Source: Eledone cirrhosa | Taxonomy: Eukaryota | Direction of reading: 5' to 3' | DNA length: 64,000 nucleotides | NCBI GenBank assembly: GCA_964016885.1 | Contig: OZ024745.1 | Location: 56,110,001-56,174,000 of the forward strand | Shown: positions 27,878 to 44,431 of the stretch, piece after piece | Numbering within the stretch: the first letter of the stretch is position 1 | How the letters are laid out: each line of letters opens with the position of its first letter | The notes under the pieces: model-generated | Databases searched by the model: none | Seen by the model: the letters and a program-made list of their open reading frames with translations, nothing else | Told to the model about the DNA's origin: nothing | Position numbers and translations under genes: made by a program

Positions 27878-29181
27878 CATATATGTATATATGTATGTGT
27901 CTGTATGTATCTGCATATATGCACCCATGTGTGTATATGTATTGATTATGTGCAGAAAATATGCTTTTGAAAATTTCCTTTCACACCATTACGCCCAAAT
28001 ATCAGCTGTAGTTCCCTACCTAAGCAAATTCTTCCATCTCTATGGACCTAAATTTATATCTCTCAACATTTTTTACTCTTTATATTTCTTCTTGCATATA
28101 ATACAAATGTCTTCGTCTATCTTCAGAATACTTTCTTCAAACCGTTCCACCCTATATATATGGCTATCAAACCATCTTTATTATGTTTCTATGTGCAGTT
28201 TCGGCGAATAATATGGTGATCTATAACGAATGATTTATTAACATAATATTATTCCGCTGTCTAACCCAATCGTGAGTACTTGAATGGAGGGGTTCTTCTA
28301 TTTCATGAATATCGCTTCAAATTATACATATTTATACATAGATACATATACATGCATATACATACATATACATGCATACACATAAATATATATACACACA
28401 TAAATATATGCATACACATAAATATATATATGTGTGTGTGTTTGTTTGTGGGAGGGGGGTTCTGTGTGTGTGTGTGTGAGAGAGAGTGTGTGTGCGTGTG
28501 TATGTGTGTATGTACATGTACATGTTTGTGTGCGTGTGTGTATAATTGCAGATGACGACCTATCATCCGAAACGTTAAGCTACTTTTCTTGATATATCAA
28601 GCGTTAAAGTAATATATAACTTAATTTCACTGTATCGTTTTGCTGTGTTGTTCATTCGTTTATAATGTGTTTACTACGGCCAAAGAATGATCATATTATA
28701 TATTTGGTGCCATTGACTGCTAAAGAATCTATAGTTTTCAATACACCAAACCAATGGTACTACGGAATTAATTCAGTACAGACACCCGACTTGAAAAAAG
28801 GTACTTTATTCCAGATTCTATTAATTCTAACTTTCTCTCCATTACATTTTTCTATTTCATTTCAACAGTTCTCTTAGAATTTTGGTATTCATCATGTTGT
28901 TCTTTATTTTTAAATAGCCAATAAAAATGATTTATGCTCTGACTATAGCCTCCATTATTTCAGAATCATCTAAATTATCAACAATTTTGCTTATTAACAC
29001 GAACAATTTGCAAATCAATGCGGAATTGTAATAAATTATACGTTGATATAATCAGATCATATTATTTTATAACACATTAAACAAATTGTTGAACATCACA
29101 TTTTTAAGATCATATTTCTTTTAAAAAACAATATCAATTCACAATTTATCAAAATTTGGTATCAGGTACTAAAATTCTTAA

Positions 29182-29220
<39 letters not shown>

Positions 29221-29233
29221 CATATATATATAT

Positions 29234-29398
29234 ATAGGAGTAAGTAAGACCCCGACGGCTGAGCTCAAGCCGTTTCGACGGCTAATTCTGTACTCAGCCG
29301 TCGGGGTCTTACTTACTCCTATTACCCACTCTACTACCCTAAGTATTGAGTACTTTGGTGCGTTATGGTCCACCTGGTTCATTACCACTTTTCCTTCG

Positions 29399-29400
<2 letters not shown>
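29234..29400. mobile_element. Family E mini fold-back element
   Basis: Same layout as 17503-17700 with an internal deletion in the right arm; flanked by (TA)n. Confidence 0.8.
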
Positions 29401-29455
<55 letters not shown>

Positions 29456-29466
29456 GTTTAAGAATG

Positions 29467-29497
<31 letters not shown>

Positions 29498-29548
29498 ATA
29501 TATATATATTTATATAATAATATATATATATATGTAATATATATATAT

Positions 29549-29644
<96 letters not shown>

Positions 29645-29677
29645 TTATATATATATTATTATATATATATATATTAT

Positions 29678-29745
<68 letters not shown>

Positions 29746-29788
29746 GATGTAGAAACTATATAGAAACTATATTTATAAAACCATATTT

Positions 29789-29851
29789 ATTTCATTATAC
29801 ATATTTCAAGGACACCAAGTTAAATTATGGTGTGCTTTCATCAGATAAAAT
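29789..29851 (-). ncRNA. Hammerhead ribozyme in 3' pLTR
   Basis: auuuuau-CUGAUGA-aag c acacca..uggugu c cuu-GAAA-u augu a-UA-augaaau. Confidence 0.7.
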
Positions 29852-30844
29852 ATAATATAGATCAGTTTTATGAATAAATATTGACATACCCTTAAAGAAT
29901 GCGACCATTTCTGTTGGAAGCTCCCAGATAGTGGGGTTATACATTTATTTATACTATTATGCAAATTAGTGTCGGATATTTTTAAATCACAGTAGATTTA
30001 AAATAAGCCGTTGGGGTATGGAGAAAGGGAAAGAGAAAAGAGAAAAAAGCAAACTTTAAGAGGAAAATAAGAAAAAAGAAAAAGAGAAAGAGAAGAAAAA
30101 AAGAAAAGAGAAAAGAGAAAGAGAAGGAGAAAGCCCTAAGTTGTTGTATTAGCATAACTTTTAAGATGAAGTGAAAAAATAAATATTTTTTGGATGAGTA
30201 AAGTAAATAAGCGTGAATGGAAAATGAATTTTAACCAGTGTTTAAATATGATTAAATGTTTAGTTTATCAATTAAATTATCCATCAAATTATTGAGATCT
30301 ATATATTATTTATATATTATTAAAACCCATATATTATTAAAAGATTATATTCATATATATACATACGCACACATATATACATATACATGTAAATATATAT
30401 ATATACCTACACAACCATACACATAGATAAAAGATTTGTATGTATAAGATATAGGAATTTTCCTAAACTTATAGGTTTTTCTGAGAAACCAGAGAAAAAA
30501 CCCGGAGAAAAACATTTCTATGTAATAGCAAAACAGCGTGAATGAAATTAAGTTATTTACTTATATTAAATGTTATAAAAGTCAAGATAACAAAGGAAAT
30601 TTAAATTATAGAAAGTTTATGTTATACTACAAACATTATATTATAAATTTTATATTTACTAAATCCACCTGTTATGTAGTTGTGATTGTTATTATATAAG
30701 TTTGTTTATCACGAACCTTAAGGAAACCCTTATAATCTAGTGCATTTGAATTGTATGCATATATATATATACACACAACTCCCACTTATATACACATAGA
30801 CATAGATACACATACAGGTAGATATGCATCATATATATATATAT

Positions 30845-30973
<129 letters not shown>

Positions 30974-31449
30974 TAAATATACAGTACATAGTATAATTGA
31001 AGTACATAATATATAAAAATAAGATAAAAATAAATTATATTATGATTTGGAAATATATTCTTACAATTATAAGCATTATAACTTTAAAGCAATATCATTT
31101 TTAAGATATAATTTTAAAATAAGAATATGTTTTTAAAAAATTCAGTATAAAATTTAAATTTTTTTATACAATATTTAACACTCAGTATGTTTAACTTAAT
31201 TTTATAACTATATGGAAAATGTTCAAAGAAAAAGAAAGAGAAACTTTCAAAAGAGAAACTTTCAAAAATAGGAGAAATATTTCAAAGAAAATATTTTCCC
31301 CTTTTAAGAGCTTTCAGTATGTTTATCTAGGAAAATTTTCTTTGAAAAATTTTTTTTCATTTTTGAGAGTTTAAGCAGTCAAATGAAGGAATCTAATGAT
31401 TTATCGATAGGTTCAATATATTAATAGAATTAATTATATATTACATTTT

Positions 31450-32322
31450 AAATTTATATTTAAACGTTGAGTTCAATCTATGTCTGCAGCAACTGAAGAG
31501 ATTGCTTCTTACATTCAGGGAATTTTTGCTTTTTAATATAAAGAATATTTCCTCTATACAAAGATCACAATTTTCTGAAGAGGAGTTAAAAGGAGTAGCT
31601 TTTGAAATAATAGTCCAAAGTAACGAATATTTAACGTTCTTTAATTTGAGGTCCCATAATAAGCTAGATAGAGAAGTTGAAGATTTTTTGTTTAAATGCG
31701 TAAAAGAGCTTTTATGGTTATTAAAACAAGATTTAAATCCGTGGAAGTAGATCCTACATAATTAACTGAATTTAAATTAGTTATTACATTACAATTATAT
31801 ACTATATTTTTAGCTAAGCAATTGTTATTTAACGGACAATTAGATTTATTTCTACAGTTACATTTATCAAATTGGATATTGCTGGGGTTATTATTGGTAT
31901 TTTGGTTAGGTTTTAAATTTCTATTATTAATTCTATTAATATTCTGCGCTAAATTTTTGGTGGATGAATAAGTTAATTTTATAGTATGTTTATTAAAAAT
32001 TGAGTAATATCTATGTGTTCTAGGGAAGCATTTGTCAAGAGCTTTAAAGAATAGTTTAGTAATAGGAGTTTTAATATTTAATGAGAAAGGAGGAGCAAAC
32101 CATAATATATTCCTAGTTCTATTTCTTTTTTTGTTTTCCGAATTATTGTAAGGTTTTCTATTATAGTTGTTAAAATTGTTAAGATTATGGTTAGTTGTTA
32201 TATTATTATTATCAATGTATTTAATTTTATTTCTATATCCAGCTCTACCTAACGCTTCGTTGTATTAATGTGCTTTATCATAAAATAAATTCTTATTAGC
32301 TGAAATTCTAGAAATGCGTTCG
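31450..32322 (-). pseudogene. PLE linker plus GIY-YIG endonuclease remnant
   Basis: ERISRISANKNLF...RNILWFAPPFSLNIKT...CNCRNKSNCPLNNNCLAKNIVY...YVGSTST..KSCFNNHKSSF...CDLCIEE...LFSCCRHR. Confidence 0.9.
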
Positions 32323-33233
32323 TAATAAACAAACTTATATAATAACAGTCACAACTACATAACAGGTGGATTTAGAAAATATAACATTTATAATATAAGG
32401 TTTGTATTATAACATAAGGTTTCTATAATCTTAAATTTCCTTTGTTATCTTGACTTTTATAACATTTAATATAAGTAAATAACTTAATTTCATTCACGCT
32501 GTTTTGCTATTACATAGAAATGTTTTTCTCCGGGTTTTTTCTCTGGTTTCTCAGAAAAACCTATAAGTTTAGGAAAATTCCTATATCTTATACATAAAAA
32601 TCTTTTATCTATGTGTATGGTTGTGTAGGTATATATATATATTTACATGTATATGTATATATGTGTGTGCGTATGTATATATATGAATATATTCTTTTAA
32701 TAATATATGGGTTTTAATAATATATAGATTTTTTTAAATAATATATAGATCTCAACTTTTAATGTATAGATCTCAATAATTTGATGGATAATTTAATTGA
32801 TAAACTAAACATTTAATCATATTTAAACACTGGTTAAAATTCATTTTCCATTCAAGCTTATTTACTTTACTCATCCAAAAAATATTTATTTTTTCACTTC
32901 ATCTTAAACGTTATGCTAATTCAACAACCTATCACTTTAGGGCTTTCTCTTTCTCTTTTCTCTTTTCTTTTTTTCTTCTCTTTCTCTTTCTCTTTTTCTT
33001 GTTTTCTTATTTTCCTCTTAAAGTTTGCTTTTTTCTCTTTTTTCTTTTTCTCTTTCCCTTTCTCCATACCCCAACGGCTTATTTTAAATCTACTGTGATT
33101 TAAAAGTAGCCGACACTAATTTGCATAATAGTATAAATAAATGTATAACCCCACTATCCGGGAGCTTCCAACAGAAATGGTCGCATTCTTTAAGGGTATG
33201 TCAATATTTATTTATAAAACTGATCTATATTAT

Positions 33234-33296
33234 ATTTTATCTGATGAAAGCACACCATAATTTAACTTGGTGTCCTTGAAATATGTATAATGAAAT
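33234..33296 (+). ncRNA. Hammerhead ribozyme in inverted pLTR
   Basis: Reverse-complement twin of 29789-29851. Confidence 0.7.
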
Positions 33297-33426
33297 AAAT
33301 ATGGTTTTATAAATATAGTTTCCATTTGTTAACACATCGTATTTTTACTCCAATAATTTGTTGAGTGCTTTATATCAGTTATAAAAATATTTGCTTGTTG
33401 TATCCCAACAATTTAAATAGAACTTC

Positions 33427-33470
<44 letters not shown>

Positions 33471-33511
33471 TTCAAAATATTAACAAAATAGATATTCTTG
33501 TGATCAAATAT

Positions 33512-33576
33512 ATTTTTTTATACATATTTCAGAGGTACTGAGTTAAGTTCAACAGTACATCCTCATCAGAAAAAAT
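33512..33576 (-). ncRNA. Hammerhead ribozyme of another PLE 3' end (33450-34250)
   Basis: auuuuuu-CUGAUGA-..guacug..caguac..-GAAA-u augu a-UA-aaaaaau. An upstream C.HRFLSRV-like ORF end lies near 34150. Confidence 0.65.
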
Positions 33577-34273
33577 AAAATGATGCATGAGATATCCTCA
33601 CATAGTAGATGGTTAAGATTCAATCATGGTAGTGAGTAATATATGACAAAACTCAATATTTATATACCTTAATATTGAGAACATGAGACAAATATATAAT
33701 ACATACAATAGAGAGGGTGCGTGTGAGACAGCTTAAAAAATACATGGCATCAATATAACTATTAAACAATTTAAATTACTGGAGAAAGAGGAAAGAAAGG
33801 AAAGCATAGAGGAAGAAACAGCTCATGGGATAATATTGTTAGTAGGTGCCTCGAAAGACAAAAGAGAGTTGATTACAGAGAGAGACAAAGGGGAATAATT
33901 TATGTTCAAGTTTTTAGACAATTAACGATATATACAATGACTATCTAAACTTATTTGGTTGACCGTTAATATTCAAAATATTTAATTTAAGTTAGTTCAG
34001 AGTAATGAATAATATTTTAGGTTTTAAAAGTTAATAGGTATCTGTATTAATATTAAAGTATACTATCAAGTTTAATTTCTAAAATCAAATTTTATGAAAT
34101 CAAATTTAAAGGATTTACAAACACGAGAAAGAAAACGATGTTTTTACAACCTCGCGAAGGTAAACTTTACCAAAATTATTTATAATATTTACAACAGTTT
34201 ATATAATATAATTTATAAAATAATTACAGTTATAATTATTAAAGAATTTCTTATTTAAATATATATATATTTA

Positions 34274-34457
34274 CAGTGAAATTCCGTTATAACAAAATTC
34301 ACGGGGTATGAAAAAAAATCGTTCTAATAAAAAATTATTTATAACGAGATCCTCAGTAACAAATTGAGCGTTTGTTTATTACCTCGGGGTTTGAAAAAAT
34401 GTTCGTTATCCTCAAACATTCATTATAATGATATTCGTTATAACGGAATTTTACTTG
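34274..34457. mobile_element. pogo/Tigger-type MITE
   Basis: TIRs cagtgaaattccgttataac / gttataacggaattttacttg with TA on both sides. Confidence 0.7.
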
Positions 34458-34476
34458 TATATATATATATATATAT

Positions 34477-34680
34477 ATGGAGGATGGGATGTTGCCAAAA
34501 GACATCCTGTACGGACAGCTGGACACAAGCACCAGGTGAGTGGGTCGCCCATCGCTGCCTTTCAGAAACGTATGCAAAAGAGACATGAAAGCCTGCAACA
34601 TCCCCTCTAGCTGGGAAAGACAAGATGGGCACCGCGATGCCTGGCGTCAGACTTTCCACAAGGATAAGTCTCAATGGGAA
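34477..34680 (+). mobile_element. RTE LINE C-terminal fragment
   Basis: MEDGMLPKDILYGQL...GRP...VCKRDMKAC...W...RDAWR. Confidence 0.75.
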
Positions 34681-34683
34681 CAC

Positions 34684-34870
34684 AGTGACTGGCAGTATCG
34701 GTAGAGGGTCGGACGCCATGCTTTGACGTATAGAGTTACGGCCCTTGCCTTTCTGAGTTCAAATCCCGCCGAGGTTAACTTTGCCTTTTATCCTTACTTG
34801 GTCGATAAAATAAAGTACCAGTAATGCACTGGGTAATTGTTGGCCTTGTGCCAAAAGTAGAAACAATTAT
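34684..34870 (+). mobile_element. Octopod tRNA-derived SINE
   Basis: A-box-like tggcagtatcgg, B-box gagttcaaatcc, Nin/Deu-like central domain. Confidence 0.8.
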
Positions 34871-35488
34871 ATGTATATCATTTACTTAATTGTGCCTATA
34901 ATAGAAACCATTATATATCATTTACTTATGTATTATCTAAGTTCTTTAAAACCTTTTAACCGTGTATATAATAAATACATGCACACTTACACACCTACAC
35001 AAATATGTGTGTGTATGTGTGTATGCGCATATAGGAGATGAAGTGTTCTCATATAAATATGACTAGTCACAGACCAATAGTAATAAACTGACAACTAAGA
35101 ATATACAGTCGCAAATTTTGCTTAGATCTACGTTTACGCATATCTTTTATATGTGTTATTAAGAATATGTATTATCTTTTCTTCAAACGTATTTGCATGT
35201 TATTTTGGTGTTTAAGCAATATATTAATTTAATTACAATTTTGATCTGATCTGAATTTTTGTATGATTATTTAAATTTATATTATGAATCAAAACAATGC
35301 AGTGGTATTTCATGGTATATTTAAATGCTAGAAGAAAAACAGAAAGCCGAAGGCATTTTACACAATTTTCTTTTTACACATTTCATTTCACCCTCGCCTC
35401 AATATATATGTATTAAAATACTTGTATACAAATACGTACACGCACACACACACACACACACATACATGTATATATGCATGGATATATA

Positions 35489-35551
<63 letters not shown>

Positions 35552-35943
35552 GCGTATGTATATATATATATATCCATATTGATATATATAATGAATGAAT
35601 ATATATATGTAATCTCTTTGAATCTACAAAATTTCATTTCCTTCTTAATATATAATGAAACTAAGGTATAATACGATTCAAGTTGAGTGTGTAACTGCCA
35701 ATCCCAGGAGTAAAGCTGATTCATATTAATTTGTTTCTCATTATATATATTGTATAGATTTCTTTTTTCCTTTTCTTAGTAATGTTTTTCCATTTATGTA
35801 AATGTATATAAACTGCTTAAAAAGATGAGGAATTTGTTATTTTCTTAAATTCTTTCAATAATATATACAACATTAATTCACTTATACTTGCACAGCGATA
35901 CGTACAGTAGCTGCAAATATTAATGGAGATTTTGCAATAGTTG

Positions 35944-36028
<85 letters not shown>

Positions 36029-36032
<4 letters not shown>

Positions 36033-37300
36033 CACTCCTATTAGTTAAGCATATGAATAACCAGAATTTAGAAAGGATGCGTAAAAATATTATGGAGCTT
36101 TTTAAAGAACTAGGATTTGAATATAACCTCAAAGAGGTTAATTTCGTCGATGTTACTTTGAATCTCAATACAGAAACGATTAAACCGTTCCATAAACTAA
36201 ATGAGAACCTTAAATATGTAAATACGGGTTCTAACCATCCAACCTCTATAATTAAATCCATCCCTAGAAATATTTCCCTTAGAATCTCCCGCCTGTCGTC
36301 CAACCACCAAACCTTCAAAGAACATGCCGAATATTATGATGGTGCACTTAGGAAGGCTGGACACCTAGATAATATAGAGTATATAGTCGACGATCACCAA
36401 AACACCCAAAATAAATCTCATAGAGGTAGAAATAGCATAGAATCACCACCATACATACTCTACCGCAATAGACACACTAATAGTGGCACACTACCAAACA
36501 GAAGGCGATGTAAAGAGTATATATGGTACAACCCGGTCTATAATAACTCTATTAAAACCAATCTACCCTCACAATTCTTTCGATTAGTTAAAAAACATTT
36601 TCCAACATCACATAAATATAATAAAATCTTAAACCCTAACACTATTCGACTTTCATATTCAACCGCCCCTAATATTGAACAACATATAAAAAAGCTTAAC
36701 GCAAAACGGTTGTATAAATGCCTTCCAACACATAACAATACACATAAAACATCGGCTATAACATCACAAAACAACAAACAACATCCCGACCTGCCTAAGC
36801 AACCTCATCAACCCATCCATGGTATTACAACAACGCATAATTATAACTTTAACTGTGTCCAACCAGGAATGTGTCGGTTGAATAATCAGTGTCTTGAACG
36901 CAACATCATATACAAATGTACTATCGAATCCGGTAGCCAGAAGTGGTACTATGTGGGGTCTACTGCTACCTCCTTCAAATCTCGCCTTTATAGACAACGC
37001 TACTCGATAAAACATGAAAACTAGCGTTATGTAACAACACTCGCAGACAAGGCTTGGCAGATGCACAAAAATAACCAACAATTTAACCTAAAATAGGATA
37101 TAATAACAGCTACCCCTGCATATACCAAGGACAGAAATTTTGTAGATTGTGTAATATGGAAATATTTTGTATTATGAAATCCAAAAATATTTTATTAAAT
37201 AACAGAATAGAGCGATCGTTATGCTGTAACCATCGCTTGAAATCTACATTTTCATATTACAAACGCTACCAGGATAGAACGCCTGTCTCCATCTCCGTTT
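36029..37300 (+). pseudogene. PLE RT/GIY-YIG polyprotein remnant
   Basis: VNFVDVTLNL, YVNTGSNHP.SIIKSIP, IWYNPVY, IRLSYS, C..NNQCLERNIIY...YVGSTATSFKSR. Continues past the stop at 37024 into CRLCNME...CCNHR. Confidence 0.9.
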
Positions 37301-37756
37301 GATTGTCAAAATACATATTAACATTCTCTATTAGTTTTAATTCTATCAACATTTCTATTCTTTATCATTTAATATAAAATGCTATAGATAAAATAAGATT
37401 TCTCAATTCAATTCCCTAAAGCATATACCAGCAAGCTACCAGCATAGTTGTTATACAGTAGCAGTGAAAATCTCTCTTCTTTACTTGACACCTTATATCT
37501 GTATTAATACTACTACACCAAACCACCAGCCCTGTCGATTGTTCAACTGGTCAAATATAAATTAAAATAGGCAATCCCAAAAATTCTTATTTAGATAAAA
37601 TAAGCCATATACTCATTGTATTCTCATTAAAAACCTTCTATACACTTGTTTACCAGCAAATTGAATTGCCATCTGTCATATACTTTCCCCTTTCCTCTTC
37701 CTTTCTTACAACTAATATAAATACTTTGATTTTTCTGATTTTTTCCAATTTATCCA

Positions 37757-37866
37757 ATATCTCTGAAGAAGTGACAACTGATTATACATTTACGTGCTAA
37801 TATTATATGATTACGCAAGCAGCGATACATAGGTATTCCGTCTGTTACAGAAACATATGTCAATAC
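37757..37866 (+). ncRNA. Hammerhead ribozyme motif, long stem II, weak stem I
   Basis: CTGAAGA-a gtgaca...tgttac a-GAAA-catatg-TC, then AATAAA. Confidence 0.55.
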
Positions 37867-38018
37867 CTAATAAATTCCTTTATAAAAGCACTTTCATTTT
37901 ATATTCATCTTTTCTACATTTTCTCCGGAATATAATTTATACTCGTTGAGCAAACCTACACGTACGCTGTTCATCTCTAATGTGACGATATATTATCACT
38001 ACATTATTGATAACTTGA

Positions 38019-38068
<50 letters not shown>

Positions 38069-38245
38069 AGACGCTCAAATAGAGTCTGGATGAATTTCAT
38101 TTCCAGGGTGAAGATCCAAGGTATGAAGCGTGTCCATATATGTGAAACGTAAAGAGAAATCAACAAAGCAAACAATACTGTACGATGAAAACGTATATTA
38201 GTTTGTCGATTGAGGTACTAGGAAAAGAGTCATGCACACACTCAG

Positions 38246-38334
<89 letters not shown>

Positions 38335-38430
38335 TGAAATTTCAGTTAGAAACAGAAAAGGTCATAGAAATGAAGAGTGCTCTATGTCAGTATCAGAGCA
38401 AAATTTAATGTATAAAATCAATACAATATT

Positions 38431-38508
38431 ATTACCTCATTACCAGAGGTTTCCCGAATGAGGCGAATACGAAATAAACGACTTCATTCGTTCGTCAGAC
38501 GAGGCAAT
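38431..38508 (-). ncRNA. Hammerhead ribozyme in 3' pLTR
   Basis: Reverse-complement twin of 40144-40221. Confidence 0.85.
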
Positions 38509-40143
38509 ATAAAACATGGGCAAATACTTAGAAAAACACATCAAGAAAATCAAAAAAATATATAGATAAATGAAATAGAAATTGAAATATATAAAAATCT
38601 ATCAAGAAAAATAGTTAGGTGTGTGTATGTGTATGTATATACGCTCATAGATGTGCATATATGTATATGTGTACGTGTAAATGTATGGTTAGAAAGTGTG
38701 CGTAATTATAAAAATAAAAGTTTAGGGCAAATGTATCTATATGTCTGTATTATGCAGACGGAAATGGTTACTTCGTAAAAATAAGAAAATAAAGTCGCGC
38801 GCATAAAAAACGGCTGGACACTCGTACATTTAGATACGGAAAGCAAGGAGATGAAGAGAGTATAATAAATAAAAGAAAAGTATCTATTACGATATATTTA
38901 TAAAAATATAGTAACGATAAATTAGAAAGACAAGATAGAAAGAAAAATTAAAGAAAACAAAAAAAGCGGGGGTACATACATACACAGACACGCGTGTCTC
39001 ACAAAAGAAATGTAAAAATAATTATGCTTATATACATACACACACGCGCTTACACTTCCATGCGTTCGATACGTACATACAGACACACACACACATACTT
39101 ATACTCGCGTATATAAACCTGTTTGCATGCCCATGTATGAAACTGGGTAAGTAACAGAAGAGGGAAGGGGGGGGGAGAAGAAAAAAGCAAGAAACAAACA
39201 AAAAAATATAAAACCGAAATATCAAAAACACGGATATACTTACACATACACATACGCATAATATACACACACGCACACACACAAACACCAGTACGCGCAC
39301 GCATACATACACGTACATATATATATATATATATACACACATACATGCACGCACGCGCGCGCACATACGTAGTCACTCATGTACATATATAAAAAAATTT
39401 ATACACACATTAAGGCGTTCAGCCATATTGAAATGTGGATAAATAAATACAAATATAAAATTGTAAGATAGGCTGCGCAAAAATAAAATAAAAATAAAAA
39501 TGAGAAATATATCTGGATTGAAAAACACAAAAGACAAGTATAATCAGTTAGTAGAGGAAAAAGGGAAGTAAAAGAAGGGGAAGTAAAAAATAGAAAATAG
39601 GAAGTGGATCGGAGAATAAGGGGGGGGGGGTAAAAATAAATAAAAAATAAATAAAAAATAAATAAAAGTGAAAATAAAAGTGAAAATAAAAGTGAAAATA
39701 AATGAAATTATCGACAAGGATAAGAATGAAAGTAAGTCAGAAAGGGTAATTAAAAAGAGAATAATCAGAGTTTATGGAGGATAAGTGTCTGAAAGTGTGT
39801 TAAGTTTATATGAGCTGGAAAGCAGGTGTGATTTCATGTGTGGACAACTGGTAGCAATTTATTTTCTTATTTTTACGAAGTAACCATTTCCGTCTGCATA
39901 ATACAAACATATAGATACATTTGCCCTAAACTTTTATTTTTATAATTACGCACACTTTCTAACCATACATTTACACGTACACATATACATATATGCACAT
40001 CTATGAGCGTATATACATACACATACACACACCTAACTATTTTTCTTGATAGATTTTTATATATTTCAATTTCTATTTCATTTATCTATATATTTTTTTT
40101 AATTTTCTTGATGTGTTTTTCTAAGTATTTGCCCATGTTTTAT

Positions 40144-40221
40144 ATTGCCTCGTCTGACGAACGAATGAAGTCGTTTATTTCGTATTCGCCTCATTCGGGA
40201 AACCTCTGGTAATGAGGTAAT
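40144..40221 (+). ncRNA. Hammerhead ribozyme in inverted pLTR
   Basis: attgcctcgt-CTGACGA-a cgaatga..tcattcg g-GAAA-cc tct gg-TA-atgaggtaat. Stem I is 10 bp. Confidence 0.85.
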
Positions 40222-40242
40222 AATATTGTATTGATTTTATAC

Positions 40243-40307
<65 letters not shown>

Positions 40308-40681
40308 TGTGTCTGATTAAGTGTGAGTAAGTACGCGCGTGTGAAGGTGTGTGAATGCGTGTATGGGCACCTGTTTGTGTGTGCGCGCAGGTGTAATGAG
40401 TTGTTATCAAAGGTACAATGTCTCCATTGCTCTATCATTAGACGATATCATCAGCTGGCCTCAAAATCTTGCAGAATAAGGTGAGACTTGATCAAATATT
40501 TCAAATAGCACGTCTCACTCATTTACAACTCTGCCAATTCACTGTTCTTTCACTAAAATTTATTTATCGACCTCGACATAAAATAGGCAAATTTGCCCAC
40601 AACTCGATTTGGGCTCAGACCCACAACATTACCAAAAAAGGAAAGGGCCGCTCTGACGAATGTGCCAATACTTTGTCCATA

Positions 40682-40730
<49 letters not shown>

Positions 40731-40786
40731 ATAATAATAAATTTGTAGACAAAAATAAAATATATAAGAACCATAGAGCAAATATT

Positions 40787-40909
40787 TATTAAAATAACAG
40801 ATTAAAGTTTAAGCAAAGAATCGCTGCGTTCACCCTTAACGGGATCTTCTGAAATTGTATCCCGTTAAGGGTGAAAGCAGCGATTCTGTGCTTAAACTTT
40901 AATCTGTTA

Positions 40910-40917
<8 letters not shown>
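40787..40917. repeat. ~60-bp inverted repeat hairpin
   Basis: attaaaataacagattaaagtttaagc...cccttaacgggat / atcccgttaaggg...gcttaaactttaatctgttattttaat. Confidence 0.85.
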
Positions 40918-40968
<51 letters not shown>

Positions 40969-41161
40969 GCAGCTATATATATATATGTATATTATGTGGG
41001 TAATAATAAATACTACTGAGTTGCAAGTAAGAGAATAGCTCCATGTAAAAAAACAAGTATGCTACAGAGCCGAACTACAAAGTAAATCACAATCAACGAG
41101 TGTTTAATCACTGACGAATGTTTCATCCTAAATGTTTTAAACACTGTTTGGTTGTCATTTA

Positions 41162-43175
<2,014 letters not shown>

Positions 43176-43448
43176 AGCAAAGTTGTAACTTTCGGAAAAT
43201 TACTTAAAATTACATTATATATATATATATCGACAGTCGATAGACTTTCGTCAAATCGGACCGAGGAAACAATGTTTCCATTGGTCTTTCCAATTTCTAA
43301 TACTATCTATCGGTCGCAACTCCAGGTAGAAGGAGCAACGTGAAATAAAGTGTTTTGCTCAAGGACCTAACGCATCGCCCGGTTCGGGAATTTAACTCAC
43401 AACCTCACCATTGTGAATCCAGTTCTCTAACCACTCAGCCACACGCCT

Positions 43449-43453
<5 letters not shown>
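43176..43453 (-). repeat. Inverted duplicate of 44301-44578
   Basis: 278 bp, apparently identical reverse complement. Confidence 0.9.
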
Positions 43454-43489
<36 letters not shown>

Positions 43490-43690
43490 TTAGTTATACT
43501 ATTTATGGTTATGTAAACACAAAACCTTAAGCAGTTGTAAGTATTTTACACACACCCTAAATAGTGGTAGGCAGTAATGTATTACTACCTTATTACCAGT
43601 AAGTTAAGTAGCTCAATGTAAAAACATCAGATGATTTACAGAGCAGTTATATGAAATATAAGAATCAAAGAACTGTTCAAAACATTATTG

Positions 43691-43737
43691 TGCTTACAGC
43701 TGTTTCCTCCAAACCGAGGTTTGGATTCTTCGGAGCA
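43691..43737 (-). ncRNA. Hammerhead ribozyme, CCGAAGA variant (family C)
   Basis: ugcu-CCGAAGA-..uccaaac cucg guuugga..-GAAA-cagcug-UA-agca. Confidence 0.75.
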
Positions 43738-44019
43738 ATTTATTAATGCATGGACAGTTATAAACAAGACGCACATGCGTGCCACACATATAACATTTGC
43801 ACTATATAACCACTTATCTTCATGTTGTACTTTAACCTATATCTTTGATTTTTGATTGTACCTATTAATATAAATGTAATCTCGAAGTGTGTACTGCCAC
43901 TCTAAATTCTGTAATGAATGTTGACCCACAATGTTTGAATATGTATCAATGTTTGAATATGTATTGGTATGTCTCTCGGCTGAAAAGGAGGTCATATAAC
44001 TGTCCATGCATTAATAAAT

Positions 44020-44066
44020 TGCTCCGAAGAATCCAAACCTCGGTTTGGAGGAAACAGCTGTAAGCA
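44020..44066 (+). ncRNA. Hammerhead ribozyme, CCGAAGA variant (family C)
   Basis: tgct-CCGAAGA-atccaaacctcggtttggag-GAAA-cagctg-TA-agca. Confidence 0.75.
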
Positions 44067-44097
44067 CAATAATGTTTTGAACAGTTCTTTGATTCTT

Positions 44098-44423
<326 letters not shown>

Positions 44424-44431
44424 TCTACCTG

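Larger units (their letters stand above)
36029..37990 (+). mobile_element. 5'-truncated Penelope-like element (RT C-terminus, thumb, GIY-YIG, pLTR with HHR)
   Basis: Begins at (TA)n just after the catalytic DD position. Coding remnant extends to ~37280, then HHR at 37757 and AATAAA at 37869. Confidence 0.9.
38407..40245 (-). mobile_element. Short PLE copy with 387-bp inverted pLTR
   Basis: Arms 38407-38793 / 39858-40245. Minus frame near 39857 reads IATSCPHMKSHLL (PLE ORF end). Confidence 0.85.

Noticed and set aside
28545-28585. cagatga...gaaacg HHR-like trace
   Set aside because: The core is mutated and there is no stem I pairing.
40410-40460. CUGAUGA...GAGA-cauug-UA on the minus strand
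   Set aside because: GAAA is mutated and stem I does not pair.
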